A stretch of 64,000 nt of DNA from Candidatus Magasanikiibacteriota bacterium (GTDB lineage Bacteria > Patescibacteriota > Patescibacteriia > Magasanikbacterales > UBA922), in contig DMXO01000002.1 of NCBI GenBank assembly GCA_003482855.1, forward strand, positions 112,114-176,113. The letters are read 5' to 3'. The notes under the pieces were generated by a model. It was not told the DNA's origin and made no database searches. It saw only the letters and a list, made by a program, of their open reading frames with translations. Within the stretch, counting starts at the first letter, position 1; every line of letters begins with the position of its first letter. This document shows, one piece after another, positions 11,501 to 22,700 of the stretch. Both the position numbers and the translations under genes were made by a program.

Positions 11501-11936
11501 TATAAAATAATAAAAAAAACCACTGTGTCCATTTGTAGTAATCTGGATTATGCGATCCCACTTCCCTATCCCAATCTACAGAAATGCCCAAAGATTTTAT
11601 TTGACTACGAAAATTGTTCACTGCTGTCTCAGTGCTTTTTGCTGGATGTACATTTGTTTTAATTGCGTAATTCTCTGCAGGTAAACCAAAACTATCCCAG
11701 CCAATCACTTGTAAAACTTTCTTTCCAGTCATGCGCTGATATCGCGCGTAAATATCGCACGCTGTATACACTTCCGCATGGCCGACATGAAGACCGCTTC
11801 CGGATGGATATGGGAGCTGTGGAAGAATGTAAAACTTGTTTTCAGAATTAATATCTTCTGGAGTCTTAAACAACTTTTGTTCTTCCCAAATTTTTTGCCA
11901 TTTTGATTCTATTTCTTGAGGATTATACTTCTCCAT
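8520..11936 (-). CDS. leuS: Leucine--tRNA ligase with inserted Nudix and alpha/beta-hydrolase domains
   Basis: PYPSGSGLHVGH, TTRPDT, GTGAIMAVPAHDERDFEFA, RDWSVSRQRFWG and KMSKR motifs; 1138 aa. Confidence 0.96.
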   Translation of the reverse strand: MEKYNPQEIESKWQKIWEEQKLFKTPEDINSENKFYILPQLPYPSGSGLHVGHAEVYTACDIYARYQRMTGKKVLQVIGWDSFGLPAENYAIKTNVHPAKSTETAVNNFRSQIKSLGISVDWDREVGSHNPDYYKWTQWFFLLFYKRGLAYRKKQSVNWCDSCKTVLANDQVKEGHCERCDTLIIQKEMEQWYIKITDYAERLLNDIDKLDWPEETKKRQKDWIGKSEGAEVDFRLQTSDHNQEKKITVFTTRPDTLFGATYMVLAPEHAVVRSLKSEVQNWDEVEKYIEATSKKTELDRQVQKEKTGVELKGIKAINPVKNEEIPIFVADYVLATYGTGAIMAVPAHDERDFEFAKKYNLPIKDVVVQHCGGFDKSAKHRDSAAAVVFKDDKVLVLFNKKFNIYRLPSGGMERGETVEDTVQRELREEAGYTDYEVVDDLGMIESNFYAVDKNIQWNKLQRVLKLKLLSDKKTDTAFESYEDYEANWLAPDEAIEKLKTYNGSEEIFIRRALEKTGRLFSGEGTAINSNFLDGLSTQEAKEKMIQWLEEKGIGKRKVQYKLRDWSVSRQRFWGAPIPMLFNEERKNRKYNYVFIHGYLATGNNDFRPWLKKELEQLGHAVFSPDLPHNDKPNVVEWAEYILNNTTIDENTVIVAHSLGGPVAFRILEKLKNKIAKLILVDTVLRPDFPDKKRPDVEASDSFEFDFEKIKSSSDEFVVIADCDYKTIKKEHLEEMQKLLDARLVKARPNDRHFNGKIEPSVLEESIVTGLKPVSESDLPVLLPDDVDFKPTGQSPLTYSEDFQKGVEKRYGKGWHREPDTLDTFMCSSWYYYRYLDPKNDQQFASPEALKKWMPVDFYLGGPEHVNGHLLYSRFFTKVLYDAGYIDFSAQGGSDLVGDEPFKVHRHQGLILGPDNRKMSKRWGNVINPTDVVNEFGADTMRMYEMFMGPLEEDKPWDTNGVRGIRRFLDKVWNLQEKVIEAEAKSNSLTTLVHQTIKKVGEDVAALKFNTAIAALMQFTNVLLKEEKISKVGYTVLIKLLSPFAPHMSEELWYRLGNKDTVTTQPWPVYDPELTKENTVTLAIQINGKLRDTITVSTDISEEDAKVEALRSGKVIKWLEGKEPKKVIYVKGKLISIVV
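9246..9275. repeat. Two tandem 15-nt palindromes inserted in frame in leuS
   Basis: TCCGAC-CAA-GTCGGA followed by TCCGCC-TTG-GGCGGA; encodes SAQGGSDLVG. Confidence 0.85.
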
Positions 11937-11940
11937 AAAA

Positions 11941-12363
11941 CTACTTTATTGAAAATTCTTTAGTAATAGGATCTACATTATCTGCTTTAATTTGCAAAAC
12001 AACTTGATATGCGCCGACAGGCCAACCATTATCTGGTATAGATAGACTGCCGTACACTTCTTGCTGATCTCCTTCTTTTTTCGTAAAATCTACAGAATCA
12101 ATCTCGTATGGTTCTTCTGTGCCTTGTTCTCCTAAATAATACCAAGAATAGTTTACGACAGTGCCTTCTACTGCATTTTGCAATAACGCGGTGAGAAATA
12201 ATTCTGGAGTATCAGATGAAAATTCAACTGTATCTTCTGCACATTGATAATCTACTAAAGCTGAACACATTTTTACATTTTGTAAATTTGCTGTTGTTAC
12301 TTCGCAACCTGCGCCAAGTAACGCTAAAATTCCTAATGATAATAAACCGATTCTATACTTCAT
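11941..12363 (-). CDS. Putative lipoprotein
   Basis: Signal peptide ending in LGAGC, followed by a beta-rich domain. Confidence 0.7.
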   Translation of the reverse strand: MKYRIGLLSLGILALLGAGCEVTTANLQNVKMCSALVDYQCAEDTVEFSSDTPELFLTALLQNAVEGTVVNYSWYYLGEQGTEEPYEIDSVDFTKKEGDQQEVYGSLSIPDNGWPVGAYQVVLQIKADNVDPITKEFSIK

Positions 12364-12380
12364 ACACGCATTTTTAAAAA

Positions 12381-13160
12381 TTAATTTTTAAATAATGACA
12401 AAAGTTGTGTGTGTAAATGCTGATTTGCCGCCACAATATCTTGTCTTCCTCGCTTCCACGGATTCCCGTCACTATCTGTAACGACAGCCCCAGCCTCAGT
12501 ACATATCAGATAAACAGGCAATCTATCCCAATCCAAACCTGAGTTTGCGATGACATAATCAAGTGCCCCACTTGCGAGGTAACACATATTTGCAGCATTT
12601 GCAAAATTCACCATAACCATATTTGTTTCTTGGACAGCACGCATAGTCATGACCCGATATCGTTCAAAATAATCTCCATACAAATTTACTGCTTTTGATC
12701 GACGTTGCAAAATTCCATATGCGCCATCAAGTAATTCTGTGTTTTTCACATGAATTTGTTTGTCATTCAAATACGCCCCTTTACCAATTTCTGCAAAAAA
12801 TAACTGTTCTGCCATAGGGAAATATACTGCACTCATAAGAGGCTTATTATCCTGCAGTACAGCCACCATCACCGCCCACACAGGGATACCATGCACGAAT
12901 CCCCATGTCCCATCTATAGGATCAATGACCCATTCATATTCACTGTTTACATTGATATCATCAGCCATTTCCTCACTTTTGATATGATGAGTCGGGTACT
13001 GTGCATTGATTTTTGATACCAAAAATTCACTCACCATCAGGTCTGCTTCTGACAAAAAATCATGCGGATGGCCCTTGGTCATAGGTGTAACCCCTCGCAA
13101 AAAGAATTCTTTTGCTATAGCTCCCGCTTCTTTGATAATTTGTTTCAAAAAATCTTGCAT
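12381..13160 (-). CDS. Inositol monophosphatase family protein
   Basis: SEE, WVIDPIDGT, GKGAYLN and WD..EAGAVVTD motifs. Confidence 0.9.
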   Translation of the reverse strand: MQDFLKQIIKEAGAIAKEFFLRGVTPMTKGHPHDFLSEADLMVSEFLVSKINAQYPTHHIKSEEMADDINVNSEYEWVIDPIDGTWGFVHGIPVWAVMVAVLQDNKPLMSAVYFPMAEQLFFAEIGKGAYLNDKQIHVKNTELLDGAYGILQRRSKAVNLYGDYFERYRVMTMRAVQETNMVMVNFANAANMCYLASGALDYVIANSGLDWDRLPVYLICTEAGAVVTDSDGNPWKRGRQDIVAANQHLHTQLLSLFKN

Positions 13161-13293
13161 AACTTCTCTGTGTAATCCAATAAATCCGTGTAATCAGTGT
13201 ACTAAAATATGCCCAAAAAATCAAGAAATATTGACAGACATACCAAAAAATGATGATATATAACTTAGCTTACACCCCAAACATGGAGATAAC

Positions 13294-13428
13294 ATGGGTA
13301 AGATGATATCCAAGCGTCTCCTCCAAAGTGGCGTCGCAAGCTTGACCCTCTTCGGAGGGTCGTTCACACTTACCTGCATAGCGTTTTTCAGCTGCGCAGT
13401 ACTGCTCATGATCTGGACAGAACGATGA
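13294..13428 (+). CDS. Putative 44-aa small membrane protein
   Basis: MGKMISKRLLQSGVASLTLFGGSFTLTCIAFFSCAVLLMIWTER. GGAG SD upstream and TTGACA at 13231. Confidence 0.45.
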   Translation: MGKMISKRLLQSGVASLTLFGGSFTLTCIAFFSCAVLLMIWTER

Positions 13429-13512
13429 ATCCGATACCAAGGAGAAAGGAGGGCAATCGGTTGAGTATATTTATCTCAAGTATATTCAACAAGAAAAAAA
13501 CACCTTCGTCAG

Positions 13513-13712
13513 GTGTTTTTTATATAGCAGTGCCATCTTTCCTCCAGTCCTTCTGTGATCTTTCTGTCTGTTCTTTGGTCAAATGAATAGTTATATGTTG
13601 TACATTTCCATCACCTCTACCAGACTCAAATCCTGGAAAACCTCTATGTTCTTTCTTCGCCTCATCAGAGAGAGTAAGTGTGTCACGTCTTTCTTCAACA
13701 AAGGGTCTATCA
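13513..13712 (-). pseudogene. Start-less 3' fragment of the 94-aa gene at 24382-24666 (left direct repeat)
   Basis: Near-identical to 24375-24571 and begins at the stop codon of the giant gene. Confidence 0.85.
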
Positions 13713-16700
13713 ACTGTCGTGGTCTTTCTTTTTCAAAACTTCATTTCGTGCAATCAAGCCACCCAAACCACCAGTTTTTTTACTTGAAAAATCCACCTCT
13801 TCACTCTTCTTTTCCTCATAGCCTAGTTTATCATATGTAACATAATACACACTTGGTCCGACAAGAGCCGCATATCTCCCTTTTTTATCGGTAACGCTCG
13901 TCGCAATAAGCTTGTTGTATGCCGCGTCAAATATACGCACCACGACTTTACCAAGTGGCTTTTCAGTTAATGCCTCTAAGACTTTACCAAAGTTACCACC
14001 AAGCTTCTTGCTGGCAAAACGACGAAGCATATCATAGACAAAGATATGGAACACAAGCATAACAGCAATATACCACTTTGGTGATATGATGAAAGACACT
14101 GCAGTTAAAATGACGCCAGACAACGCGAGAGTCTTTTGGAATGTTTGACGTGTGTATTCTTTGATAACTTTTGCTGTAGAATCCACTTTCGTTTCAGGAT
14201 CAAGCGGGATATTATAATTCATCTCAAATTGTTCTTCAGTCACTTCAAATTCTTTGCCATGATATAAATTGATATAGTTGCTGTCTTCATCAAATTTCTG
14301 TAGATATTCACTAAAACCAACAAAGCCGGGCTTTTGAATTTCGATACGATATTTGCCTTCGTCAGCAATGATAAAAAATCGTCCTTGGCTATCAGTAACT
14401 TGCGTCTGTACTACTTGTAAATTTGAGGTATTGACCAAACGCACAGTTGCTAAGTCTATTGGCTGTTTAGTATATGCATTGTATACCACACCCCACTGTT
14501 TTCTCTTGCGTCTACGCAAAAGGACGAGTGGCTGAGTAAAAATATAGCGTAAGTATGCAAGAATATTCGGTAGCTGAAACCCGACTGCAACATTTGCGAC
14601 AGCTATGATAGCGACAGACGGCGCGACAACTTTTTCATTAACTGATTCTACAACAGGATTATTTACAACTCTTTTAATAACTTCAAATGTTTTGCGTGTA
14701 AAATCTTTTATGGAATCAGGAATAATATCAGCTATAGTTTCTGTTATTTTTTTGAAAATATGACCAATGCTGTCCGTTATATATCCGCTTATATCAGTTA
14801 TAACATCGACAAAAGAATTAAAACCAAACTGACTGTCTGAAACATTACTACTGTCTTCTCCCTCTAATCTATCTGTAACATCAGGTAAACTATCATTATC
14901 TTTTTCATCTGCTTCTTCTGATTCGTCCCTACACAAAGACGAACAGCCATCACCTGAAACTACATTGCCATCATCGCATGACTCACCTTTTTCTACAATC
15001 ATATTGCCGCACGCTATCTCAGGTATGATCTTTACAAGCTTACATCTCAAATTACAATAATATCCTTCAGGAGCACTGCCATCGCATGCTTCACTGTCTT
15101 CTTTAATACCATTTCCGCACACTCTTACTATTTCTTCACACACATCTCCAATGCCGTCACTGTCCTTATCCAGTTGGTTAAAATTTTTATGATAGGGACA
15201 ATTATCACAAACATTGCCCACCTTATCTCCATCGATATCCAATTGATCAGTATTAGGAATATCAACACAATTGTCAGCCCCATCAAGCACTTTATCCTTG
15301 TCCTTGTCTTTACAAGTATTGGTACTATCATGGGGACACGTGTCACACAAATTACCAACGCCATCTTTGTCGCTATCCAACTGGCCGGCATTTGATACGC
15401 TTGGACAATTATCAATGCCATCTTGAATGCCATCGCCATCTGTGTCACCAGAACAAATATACAACGCAGGATTTTCAAGGCATTGATCAACGGTAGTGAC
15501 TGGCTTTATACCTATCCCTACCGTATTGCCATACAAGAGAGTGGAATCATTTGGATCAATTACTGCCGCAGCGCTCACAGAAGTCATTGGCGCTTTGACG
15601 CCAAAACGAAGATATATATATTCTGGAAAATCATATAACTTCGCTTTTATACTGCGGTACATGAGAATTGATGTGATGCCTGTCTTTGCAGATGCACCGC
15701 TCCAGGTAGCAGGATAAACGAAAAACTTCTCACCTACATTATTGTCGCTGAATGGTTTGTCACTTATATACACCTCATACTCTGTCGCCTTTTTACACAA
15801 TTGAAATGTAAAATATATATCACCTCTCGAACTATTTTTTACCAACTTCAAAAGACCAGTGCCATCAAGAGGAACTTCTTCGTCAGAGTAAGGTTCCAAT
15901 TTTAAGATATCAGGCGGTGTATCAAGGCATGGATGTTTGGGAGAAATACCTATATATCCTATGCTCGCGCTTCTGCTAAAAATAACATTCCGCGCACCCG
16001 GGGCATAAAATTTTACACAGACAGTCTTGTTGCCTGGGCCATCGGAAAAAGTAAATGGCACACGCTTTGAGGAGCCATTGGGCAAAGGAATTTGATCCAA
16101 AGTCTGTTCTGTATCACATCCTTGCCCGCCTTGTACTTCAAATGGCGTATAATAATGCGTTGCTGAATTGCTTGAAATAGTAAGAAGCACGTCTCTTTTA
16201 TTTGTCGTACTTTCTCCGCCATTTATAACCACAGTGCCATTGGCATCCTGTGGACATGTATTGGTCTCATTGCAATTAGGAGGCGGAGGCGGCGGGGGCG
16301 TAGAAGGGTTCCCGATATTCACTGTCACACCTGATGCATTTACAAAAGATGTTTCTACATCAGCTGTATTTTTTGCTTTTACACGAAATGTATAGGTGCC
16401 ATTGGACAAACCACTAAATATGTACGAAGTACTCGTGACCCAGCCAGAATTTAGAGAGGCATTTGAACTGTCTTCAACATAATATGCTGCGGCTGTGCCA
16501 GACCATGAAACAGTAACATCTTGATTTGCAACTGAAGCACTCAGTGACGACAGGCTTGCCAATGTATAATTTGAAATAGCGTCAGTCGAAGATGTCATTT
16601 CCCCATCTACATTACGCGCTGTCACACGAAAAGAATAACTCTGGTTTGGGGTAAGCCCTGCAAAAGCATAAAAAGCGTCTGCTATCCACCCAGAGTTCAG

Positions 16701-19523
16701 ACCATTGGTTATGTTTTCAGCCAAAAATTCTGCGCCGCTATCACCGGTCCACGATAGTGTGATTTGTATAGCGCTGTCTACTGTCGTAGTTGCCGAAGTT
16801 GGCACATTGGTAAGTGTATATACAGCAGAGGCACTTACATAGATGGTTTCATCGTCACCGCCATTTTTTGCTTTTACTTTGAATTGGTACTGCGTATTTG
16901 CGCTCAGGCCAGTAAACTGATACGACGTTGCCCCTATCCAATCTGAGTTACGACTCGCATCATTGTTGTCCTCTACCCAGTATGATGGTGCATCGCCAGA
17001 CCACGAAACAGTAATAGTACTCGTGCTATTGGCAATGGCCGCAACAGAATACGGAAGTCCGACAGTAGTATAGGCAGAAGCAGATGGTCCATATGCTGTT
17101 ACAGCGCCGTCTCCATTACGCGCCTTTACCTCAATGCTATGCAAGGTATTTGTCACAAAACCGACGGTCGTGGTGCCAGATGCAGCACCAAGTTCTTCGT
17201 ATGTAAACCATACCTCTGCAGCCCCCCACGTAGCATCACTTTGCAAATACAAATCATCTTGTGAATCATGAACTAAAAATTCAGTCCCTGCAGGATTGCT
17301 ATTTGGATTTATGGTGATATCTAGTGTTGTCTCTGTAGGATTGGAAATACTTGGTACTCCTGGTGTGTTTGCAAGAGTAAAAAAATCCAAACTGCTCGTT
17401 GCCGAAGATATTCCATCAGCATTGCGTATATTTGCAGAGGTACTGTACTGCACATTAGGCGACAACCCACTTATAGACCAGCTACTCACTCCTGATTGCC
17501 ACCCGGAACTCGACACGACCGACCCGCCAAATAATGAGATATCAAAATAATAACCTGAAAGGCCTGTGGAATGATTATCGAATGTATCGACTAACAATGA
17601 AACAGATGAAGCACCAAGCGAGCTCGTGGCAAACCCAGATACGGCAGGCGCCAAAGTATAAAAACTTAATTCAGATGTAGAAGAGACGCTACGCCCAAAA
17701 ATATCATACGCCCATAAACTCATATAGTACAATGAATTCCCTATAAGTGAAGAAACTAATACAGTCGTATTTCCTTCCCAGGTACTTGATGCAAAATATG
17801 AAAATGTAGAAGATGTGAGTGATGAACTAAATTCAGTGACCGGAGTAGATGTACTATAATAAATAATATACTCCAAAAAATTTGTATCCGTGGTTGTTGT
17901 CAAATTTACAATAGTAGACGTGGCAAATATAGTATTGGTAGTCAGTGGACCAGGGAGCGGTGATGGCGCCAATGTATCAATGGCAAAAGCAGTGGATGAC
18001 ACTGTCGTTCCATTTACTGTACCATCATTTGGCGTCAAACGAAAATAGACTGTGCTATCATCAATATTTGGCACATCCGCGGCAATGTTCCACTCAAATG
18101 ACAGATCAACAGAACCATCAAGGTTTGTGTCTACGCTTGAAATACTACCTGTCGAAGTGGAGACAGATCCTTCGCTTAAAATAGCACTACCAATAGTTGA
18201 TGAAACCCATGTACTATTATCAAGCGAGTACTCTGCGATAATACTTGTTACATTATTATCTGCATCAGCAATAGTTGTTGTCACGGTAACTACGTTTGTT
18301 AAGGTTTGAGCTGGATAAATGTTGGTAAGTGTGGGCGCAGTGTTTGGATTGGTGTCTACATAACTTAAATAATTAACACTACCCAAATCAGAAGAATTGT
18401 GTGATATTGCTATAACATCACCATATTTTTGTAATTCATGCAAAGAACCCCAATACACGCCACCATCGACTTTCTCTGTGCTCCAAGTACCATTTTTTAT
18501 ACTAAATTTTAAATCATCCGGTACTTCATCAAACCACGCTATCATTGGGTTGCTACCAGCCGAATCCACCCACAAAGACACTTGACGAGCAGATACGGTA
18601 TTAGCAACTTCAGCGCATCCCAAAGAACCGCCGATACTAGCGGTACAGTATTGTAAATCTTGGTCTGAATCAACATATGCAAAATGAATATTATCCGACC
18701 CGTCAACATCCAAACCAATATCACCAACAATAGTGCTGGCTGGCAGATAAGTAACTTTGGCTGTATCATAACAATTCCAATTCGTGTCAGTACAAGTACC
18801 AGCGCCAGCGCCGTTTTTAACCGCGTACCACATACGCGCAGTGGAATACTCATTATAAGCAATAACCGGCACGCCACTGCTGTTAAAGGCCAAACGCAAA
18901 CTCAAACCCAGCTCGTTGGCGATATCATGCACCAAAGTAAAAGTCCAATTAACCGCGGAACCACAATCATTGGCCGTATCGCAAAATCCATAATAAATAT
19001 TTTCATTAGTGGCATAGGTCACACCGACCGTACTGCCAAAAACATCAGCAGAGACGGTTCTCGTAAAACCAGCCCCATTGTTAATACTGACCGCTGACCA
19101 ATTAACCCCATTATCCGATGAACTGGCGACATAAAGGTCGCCGGTCGCATATACACTGTAAAATGTTAATAATTTATTTGTTCCAGCGTAAACTATGTCT
19201 ATATTTTGCATCTTGTCTCCCGTACCAGCATCACTCGTAACCACATGCTCCGCACTTGGTACGCCATTATTGACTGACACATGATAAATTTTATCTGTGG
19301 CTTCGTTTGAATAATAAATTGTATGGATTAATGTCTCTGACTCCATAGCCACGGCTGTTTGTTCCAATCCGACTTCATCAGTGGATAAAGCTACAGTTTG
19401 CCACGAATAAGCATTGCCATAACGAGGCAATAAAAAAGCTGATAACAAAAACGTGATATCTAAAAAAAATAACATTATTACCACTTTCCATTTTTTATTC
19501 AATTGTCCTAATAAAAATGACAT
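13710..19523 (-). CDS. Giant membrane-anchored surface protein (FN3-like repeats, poly-Pro linker, thrombospondin type 3 repeats, Cys-rich repeats, C-terminal carboxypeptidase-regulatory-like domains with TM helices)
   Basis: SWSG...GLS(P/A)NxQY.F.V.A.N repeats, DTDGDGIQDGIDNCP repeats, CGN...CDDGN..SGDGCSSLC. Start is 19523 (ATG) or 19571. Confidence 0.85.
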   Translation of the reverse strand: MSFLLGQLNKKWKVVIMLFFLDITFLLSAFLLPRYGNAYSWQTVALSTDEVGLEQTAVAMESETLIHTIYYSNEATDKIYHVSVNNGVPSAEHVVTSDAGTGDKMQNIDIVYAGTNKLLTFYSVYATGDLYVASSSDNGVNWSAVSINNGAGFTRTVSADVFGSTVGVTYATNENIYYGFCDTANDCGSAVNWTFTLVHDIANELGLSLRLAFNSSGVPVIAYNEYSTARMWYAVKNGAGAGTCTDTNWNCYDTAKVTYLPASTIVGDIGLDVDGSDNIHFAYVDSDQDLQYCTASIGGSLGCAEVANTVSARQVSLWVDSAGSNPMIAWFDEVPDDLKFSIKNGTWSTEKVDGGVYWGSLHELQKYGDVIAISHNSSDLGSVNYLSYVDTNPNTAPTLTNIYPAQTLTNVVTVTTTIADADNNVTSIIAEYSLDNSTWVSSTIGSAILSEGSVSTSTGSISSVDTNLDGSVDLSFEWNIAADVPNIDDSTVYFRLTPNDGTVNGTTVSSTAFAIDTLAPSPLPGPLTTNTIFATSTIVNLTTTTDTNFLEYIIYYSTSTPVTEFSSSLTSSTFSYFASSTWEGNTTVLVSSLIGNSLYYMSLWAYDIFGRSVSSTSELSFYTLAPAVSGFATSSLGASSVSLLVDTFDNHSTGLSGYYFDISLFGGSVVSSSGWQSGVSSWSISGLSPNVQYSTSANIRNADGISSATSSLDFFTLANTPGVPSISNPTETTLDITINPNSNPAGTEFLVHDSQDDLYLQSDATWGAAEVWFTYEELGAASGTTTVGFVTNTLHSIEVKARNGDGAVTAYGPSASAYTTVGLPYSVAAIANSTSTITVSWSGDAPSYWVEDNNDASRNSDWIGATSYQFTGLSANTQYQFKVKAKNGGDDETIYVSASAVYTLTNVPTSATTTVDSAIQITLSWTGDSGAEFLAENITNGLNSGWIADAFYAFAGLTPNQSYSFRVTARNVDGEMTSSTDAISNYTLASLSSLSASVANQDVTVSWSGTAAAYYVEDSSNASLNSGWVTSTSYIFSGLSNGTYTFRVKAKNTADVETSFVNASGVTVNIGNPSTPPPPPPPNCNETNTCPQDANGTVVINGGESTTNKRDVLLTISSNSATHYYTPFEVQGGQGCDTEQTLDQIPLPNGSSKRVPFTFSDGPGNKTVCVKFYAPGARNVIFSRSASIGYIGISPKHPCLDTPPDILKLEPYSDEEVPLDGTGLLKLVKNSSRGDIYFTFQLCKKATEYEVYISDKPFSDNNVGEKFFVYPATWSGASAKTGITSILMYRSIKAKLYDFPEYIYLRFGVKAPMTSVSAAAVIDPNDSTLLYGNTVGIGIKPVTTVDQCLENPALYICSGDTDGDGIQDGIDNCPSVSNAGQLDSDKDGVGNLCDTCPHDSTNTCKDKDKDKVLDGADNCVDIPNTDQLDIDGDKVGNVCDNCPYHKNFNQLDKDSDGIGDVCEEIVRVCGNGIKEDSEACDGSAPEGYYCNLRCKLVKIIPEIACGNMIVEKGESCDDGNVVSGDGCSSLCRDESEEADEKDNDSLPDVTDRLEGEDSSNVSDSQFGFNSFVDVITDISGYITDSIGHIFKKITETIADIIPDSIKDFTRKTFEVIKRVVNNPVVESVNEKVVAPSVAIIAVANVAVGFQLPNILAYLRYIFTQPLVLLRRRKRKQWGVVYNAYTKQPIDLATVRLVNTSNLQVVQTQVTDSQGRFFIIADEGKYRIEIQKPGFVGFSEYLQKFDEDSNYINLYHGKEFEVTEEQFEMNYNIPLDPETKVDSTAKVIKEYTRQTFQKTLALSGVILTAVSFIISPKWYIAVMLVFHIFVYDMLRRFASKKLGGNFGKVLEALTEKPLGKVVVRIFDAAYNKLIATSVTDKKGRYAALVGPSVYYVTYDKLGYEEKKSEEVDFSSKKTGGLGGLIARNEVLKKKDHDS

Positions 19524-19740
19524 ATTATACAAAACTATCCGCCAACAAAAGGAAGATTCCTGATATAACAAATAACCTGTAATACAAGTTCATTTGGTTC
19601 ATGCTAAATTGTGCTTTAGAGATAGTCTTAGAGACAAGAGAATTATATCATTCTTTATGCGCCTCAACAACATAATACTGTGCACAAAAATACGCTCGGT
19701 TGAGCGTACTTTGTTTATTTTGTCAAATTTACTTTCCACC

Positions 19741-22700
19741 TTACTTCAATATCTCTCCCTCCTCATATATCTCAGTATCTGGAACAGTAACAATGCGGTC
19801 CCAACGGAAGTCGAGCGAGGTGAAGATGAGCTCGTCTTTGATGAGACGCTTCACTTGCGAGGTTTGATCTTGTGGATTTGGTTCAATTCTATAGATGTGA
19901 GGACTATTTGCGTACTTGATCAAGGTATAATCAGGATGGTGAGTGGTATAGTTTATCTCTTGTGCTGTAGTATATTTATCCAAAAGTTGTGTTGAAATAT
20001 CTTCTATCCAATTCCACGCATAATGAAGAGCTTCAAACACGGCTGGTGAAGTAATCCAATATTTTTGTGTACCCAGAAGCAAATAAATCTTTGGGTCAGA
20101 GACTATTTTGACAATAGCGCCATATTGAGGATTGTACAACGGTCCCTTAGGCATGAAACCTAAAGAGTCATTTGGTACTAAATTAAGCTTGGTTTGTGTG
20201 GTATTGTTGACACTGCTCCATGAGGTAAAGTAGGTTTTGTATGTTGTTTCATCTTTGAACGCGCGTCTGGTGCAGTCTTCGGTAATATAGTAGATTGCAG
20301 AGCTATCCGGTATTTTGTAGGCTTTGCCAATGTCTAACGGACATACGCCTGTCTTTTGTTCAGTTGCTTGGCTCACAAACTCAATAGTATCTGAAACAAT
20401 CTTTGTACCGCCTGCTGTTGTGCGAAATTTTACATAGACTGTTTTTACTCCATTACCAGAAGTTAAAATCCATGATTTTGTTTTGCTATATGGTTCAAAT
20501 GATATATTGGTAAAATCATTTGAGTTAGAAATAGCCATCTGCGTTGCGTCTGGTGAATTTAGATACAATGTAACATTTTGAGAGTTGGTCTTTGACAAAG
20601 CTTTATTGATACTCATTTCTAAATCAACAATAGCAGATAAAGTAAGTTTTACTTGCTTACTGTCTGCTGACGCGAGCCTCACAAACAAATCATCTGTTCC
20701 ATCTTTATTTGTGTCCACCAATTGTTCCTCCCCTGCTTTTAATGTGATGGTAATGGGGTCAGATTGGACTGTGACGGTAACATCACCTACTGCGTCTGGT
20801 GAGCTTGCTGTAATAGTATGTGTAGCATTGCCAACAGAGACGGACGTGGGAGTATGAGGAGATATCGTAATGCTTAACGTAGTCGGTGCACTAGAGACCG
20901 GTGTTGAAGGTGCAGAAGGAACAGCAGAACTACCACCACCTGATGTATCGTTGTCTGTAATGGTTACTGTGACAGAGGCAATAGTAGCGCCATCATAGTC
21001 TGTGTCATCGCTCACTGCAGTATGGGTAATTGTAGAGCTATGTGAGCCATCGACTGTGCTATTGTCTGTAGCAGTTACCGTAACGGTTTGGGTAGTATCC
21101 CAATTGGCAGAGGTAAAGGTAATCGTTGATGGTGACACAGATGCCCCTGTAGTAACTGATGGTGTTATAGTTACATTGGTTGATGGTTTTGTCGTAAGAA
21201 CAACCGTATATGTATCAGTCGTACCACCTTCGGTGACAGCTTGGGTGGATTCAGAAACAGTAACAGCTGGAACAGTAGACAAAATAGCCGACGCGGAACT
21301 GGTCGCGGCCGTGCCCGCGTCCGTACCGTCATCAGGTGTTACTTCAAATTTCAAATATTTGCCCGCGTGGCTAGAACTAACAATTGTAGTGGTAGTAGTG
21401 GCGCCGGCAATAACACTATACACACCACCGGAAGTATCAGCTACCAACCAACGGTAGGTTGAACCGCTTTCCAGGTCATCATCGGTGTCAGTAAAAGTAT
21501 AAGTACCGGTCAACGTCTCACCCACGCGCAAAGTACCGGAAATTACTGCATCAGACGCGGTTGGGGCGGTATTACTTGGTACTGCGGCCAGTACCAAAGT
21601 GGCAGTTTTATTTGGTGAATCAAGCGTAAAATTACTGGTTGATGAGGCACTATATGTGCCGTCTCCGGCAAAACTAACAGTGAACGGATTGCGATTTCCA
21701 TTATCAGTATCAATGCTTGAACTGGTCATGATCCATGACAATAAATAATCTGTGTATGGCGTGTATCCGCCCGCGGTAGAAGTGACAGTCTCACTTTGCG
21801 ATCCGCCAGAGCCGTCAGCAAAAGTCATGCCAATATCTGCAAGGCCACTACTCGTGGAAGTCGCAAGACCTCTCGCTTTGAAATACACATTCACATTGCC
21901 GGTGCTCGCGATTGAGCTTGACGCGGATGTAAATGTGACATTTTTCAAATTATTATCTGTTGTCGCGTCAGAATAAATATCATACGCATCGCTAGAAGAA
22001 AATACTGTGCTTGACACATTATTACTTGCAGACGTGCCGTTAAACCAAATACCATAATACCCATCAGTCGTTGTAACATTTTGAATCGTATTTGAATTGG
22101 AGTTGATGAGTTTGATGTTGGAGTAAACTACAGAAGAACCACCAGAAAGAGTAGGTGGGTTCGTATAACCACCTGCAACACCTGTTATGGGTACACTTGC
22201 ATTTGCCAAAGCATCAGCATTGTATGAATATACACCATTACTTAAAGTAAAAACATCTGATGCCCAAGAATCAACGGCTATTGAACAAATTGACTCCCAT
22301 GCTCCTTCAGTAGAAGCTACACTGTCCGGAACCCACATCATCATTTTTACTCCACCGCTATCAAATAATGCGACGTTTATGTTATCAACTCCAAACTCGT
22401 CATATGAAGTAACATCAGTAGCCGAAGTAAAACTAGTCAGATGCACATCTTGTTGACAACCTGCCCCATCATAGTGCAACAAAACAAAACCACCATAAGC
22501 TGCTGCATCGTATGCCGTTTCACCAATAGCTAATGGTGAGTAAGACATAATATATGGAGATACACCTGTAGAACTCGCGTTCTGCACTACCAAATCTTGA
22601 ATCGTGCTATTATCCGCTGAAGACAGTGTAATGCCATTTTGGCCAGAGCCGGCGCTAATAATCGTATTCACGCCCGAGCCGTCTATGGTCACACTGGAAG

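Noticed and set aside
13513..13745. Programmed frameshift extending the giant protein into the duplicated fragment
   Set aside because: The fragment is in the +1 frame with no canonical slippery site, and the gene ends with tandem TGA TAG.
19524..19640. Riboswitch ahead of the giant surface protein
   Set aside because: Only one short pairing (GACTATCT/GGATAGTT) and no recognisable aptamer consensus.
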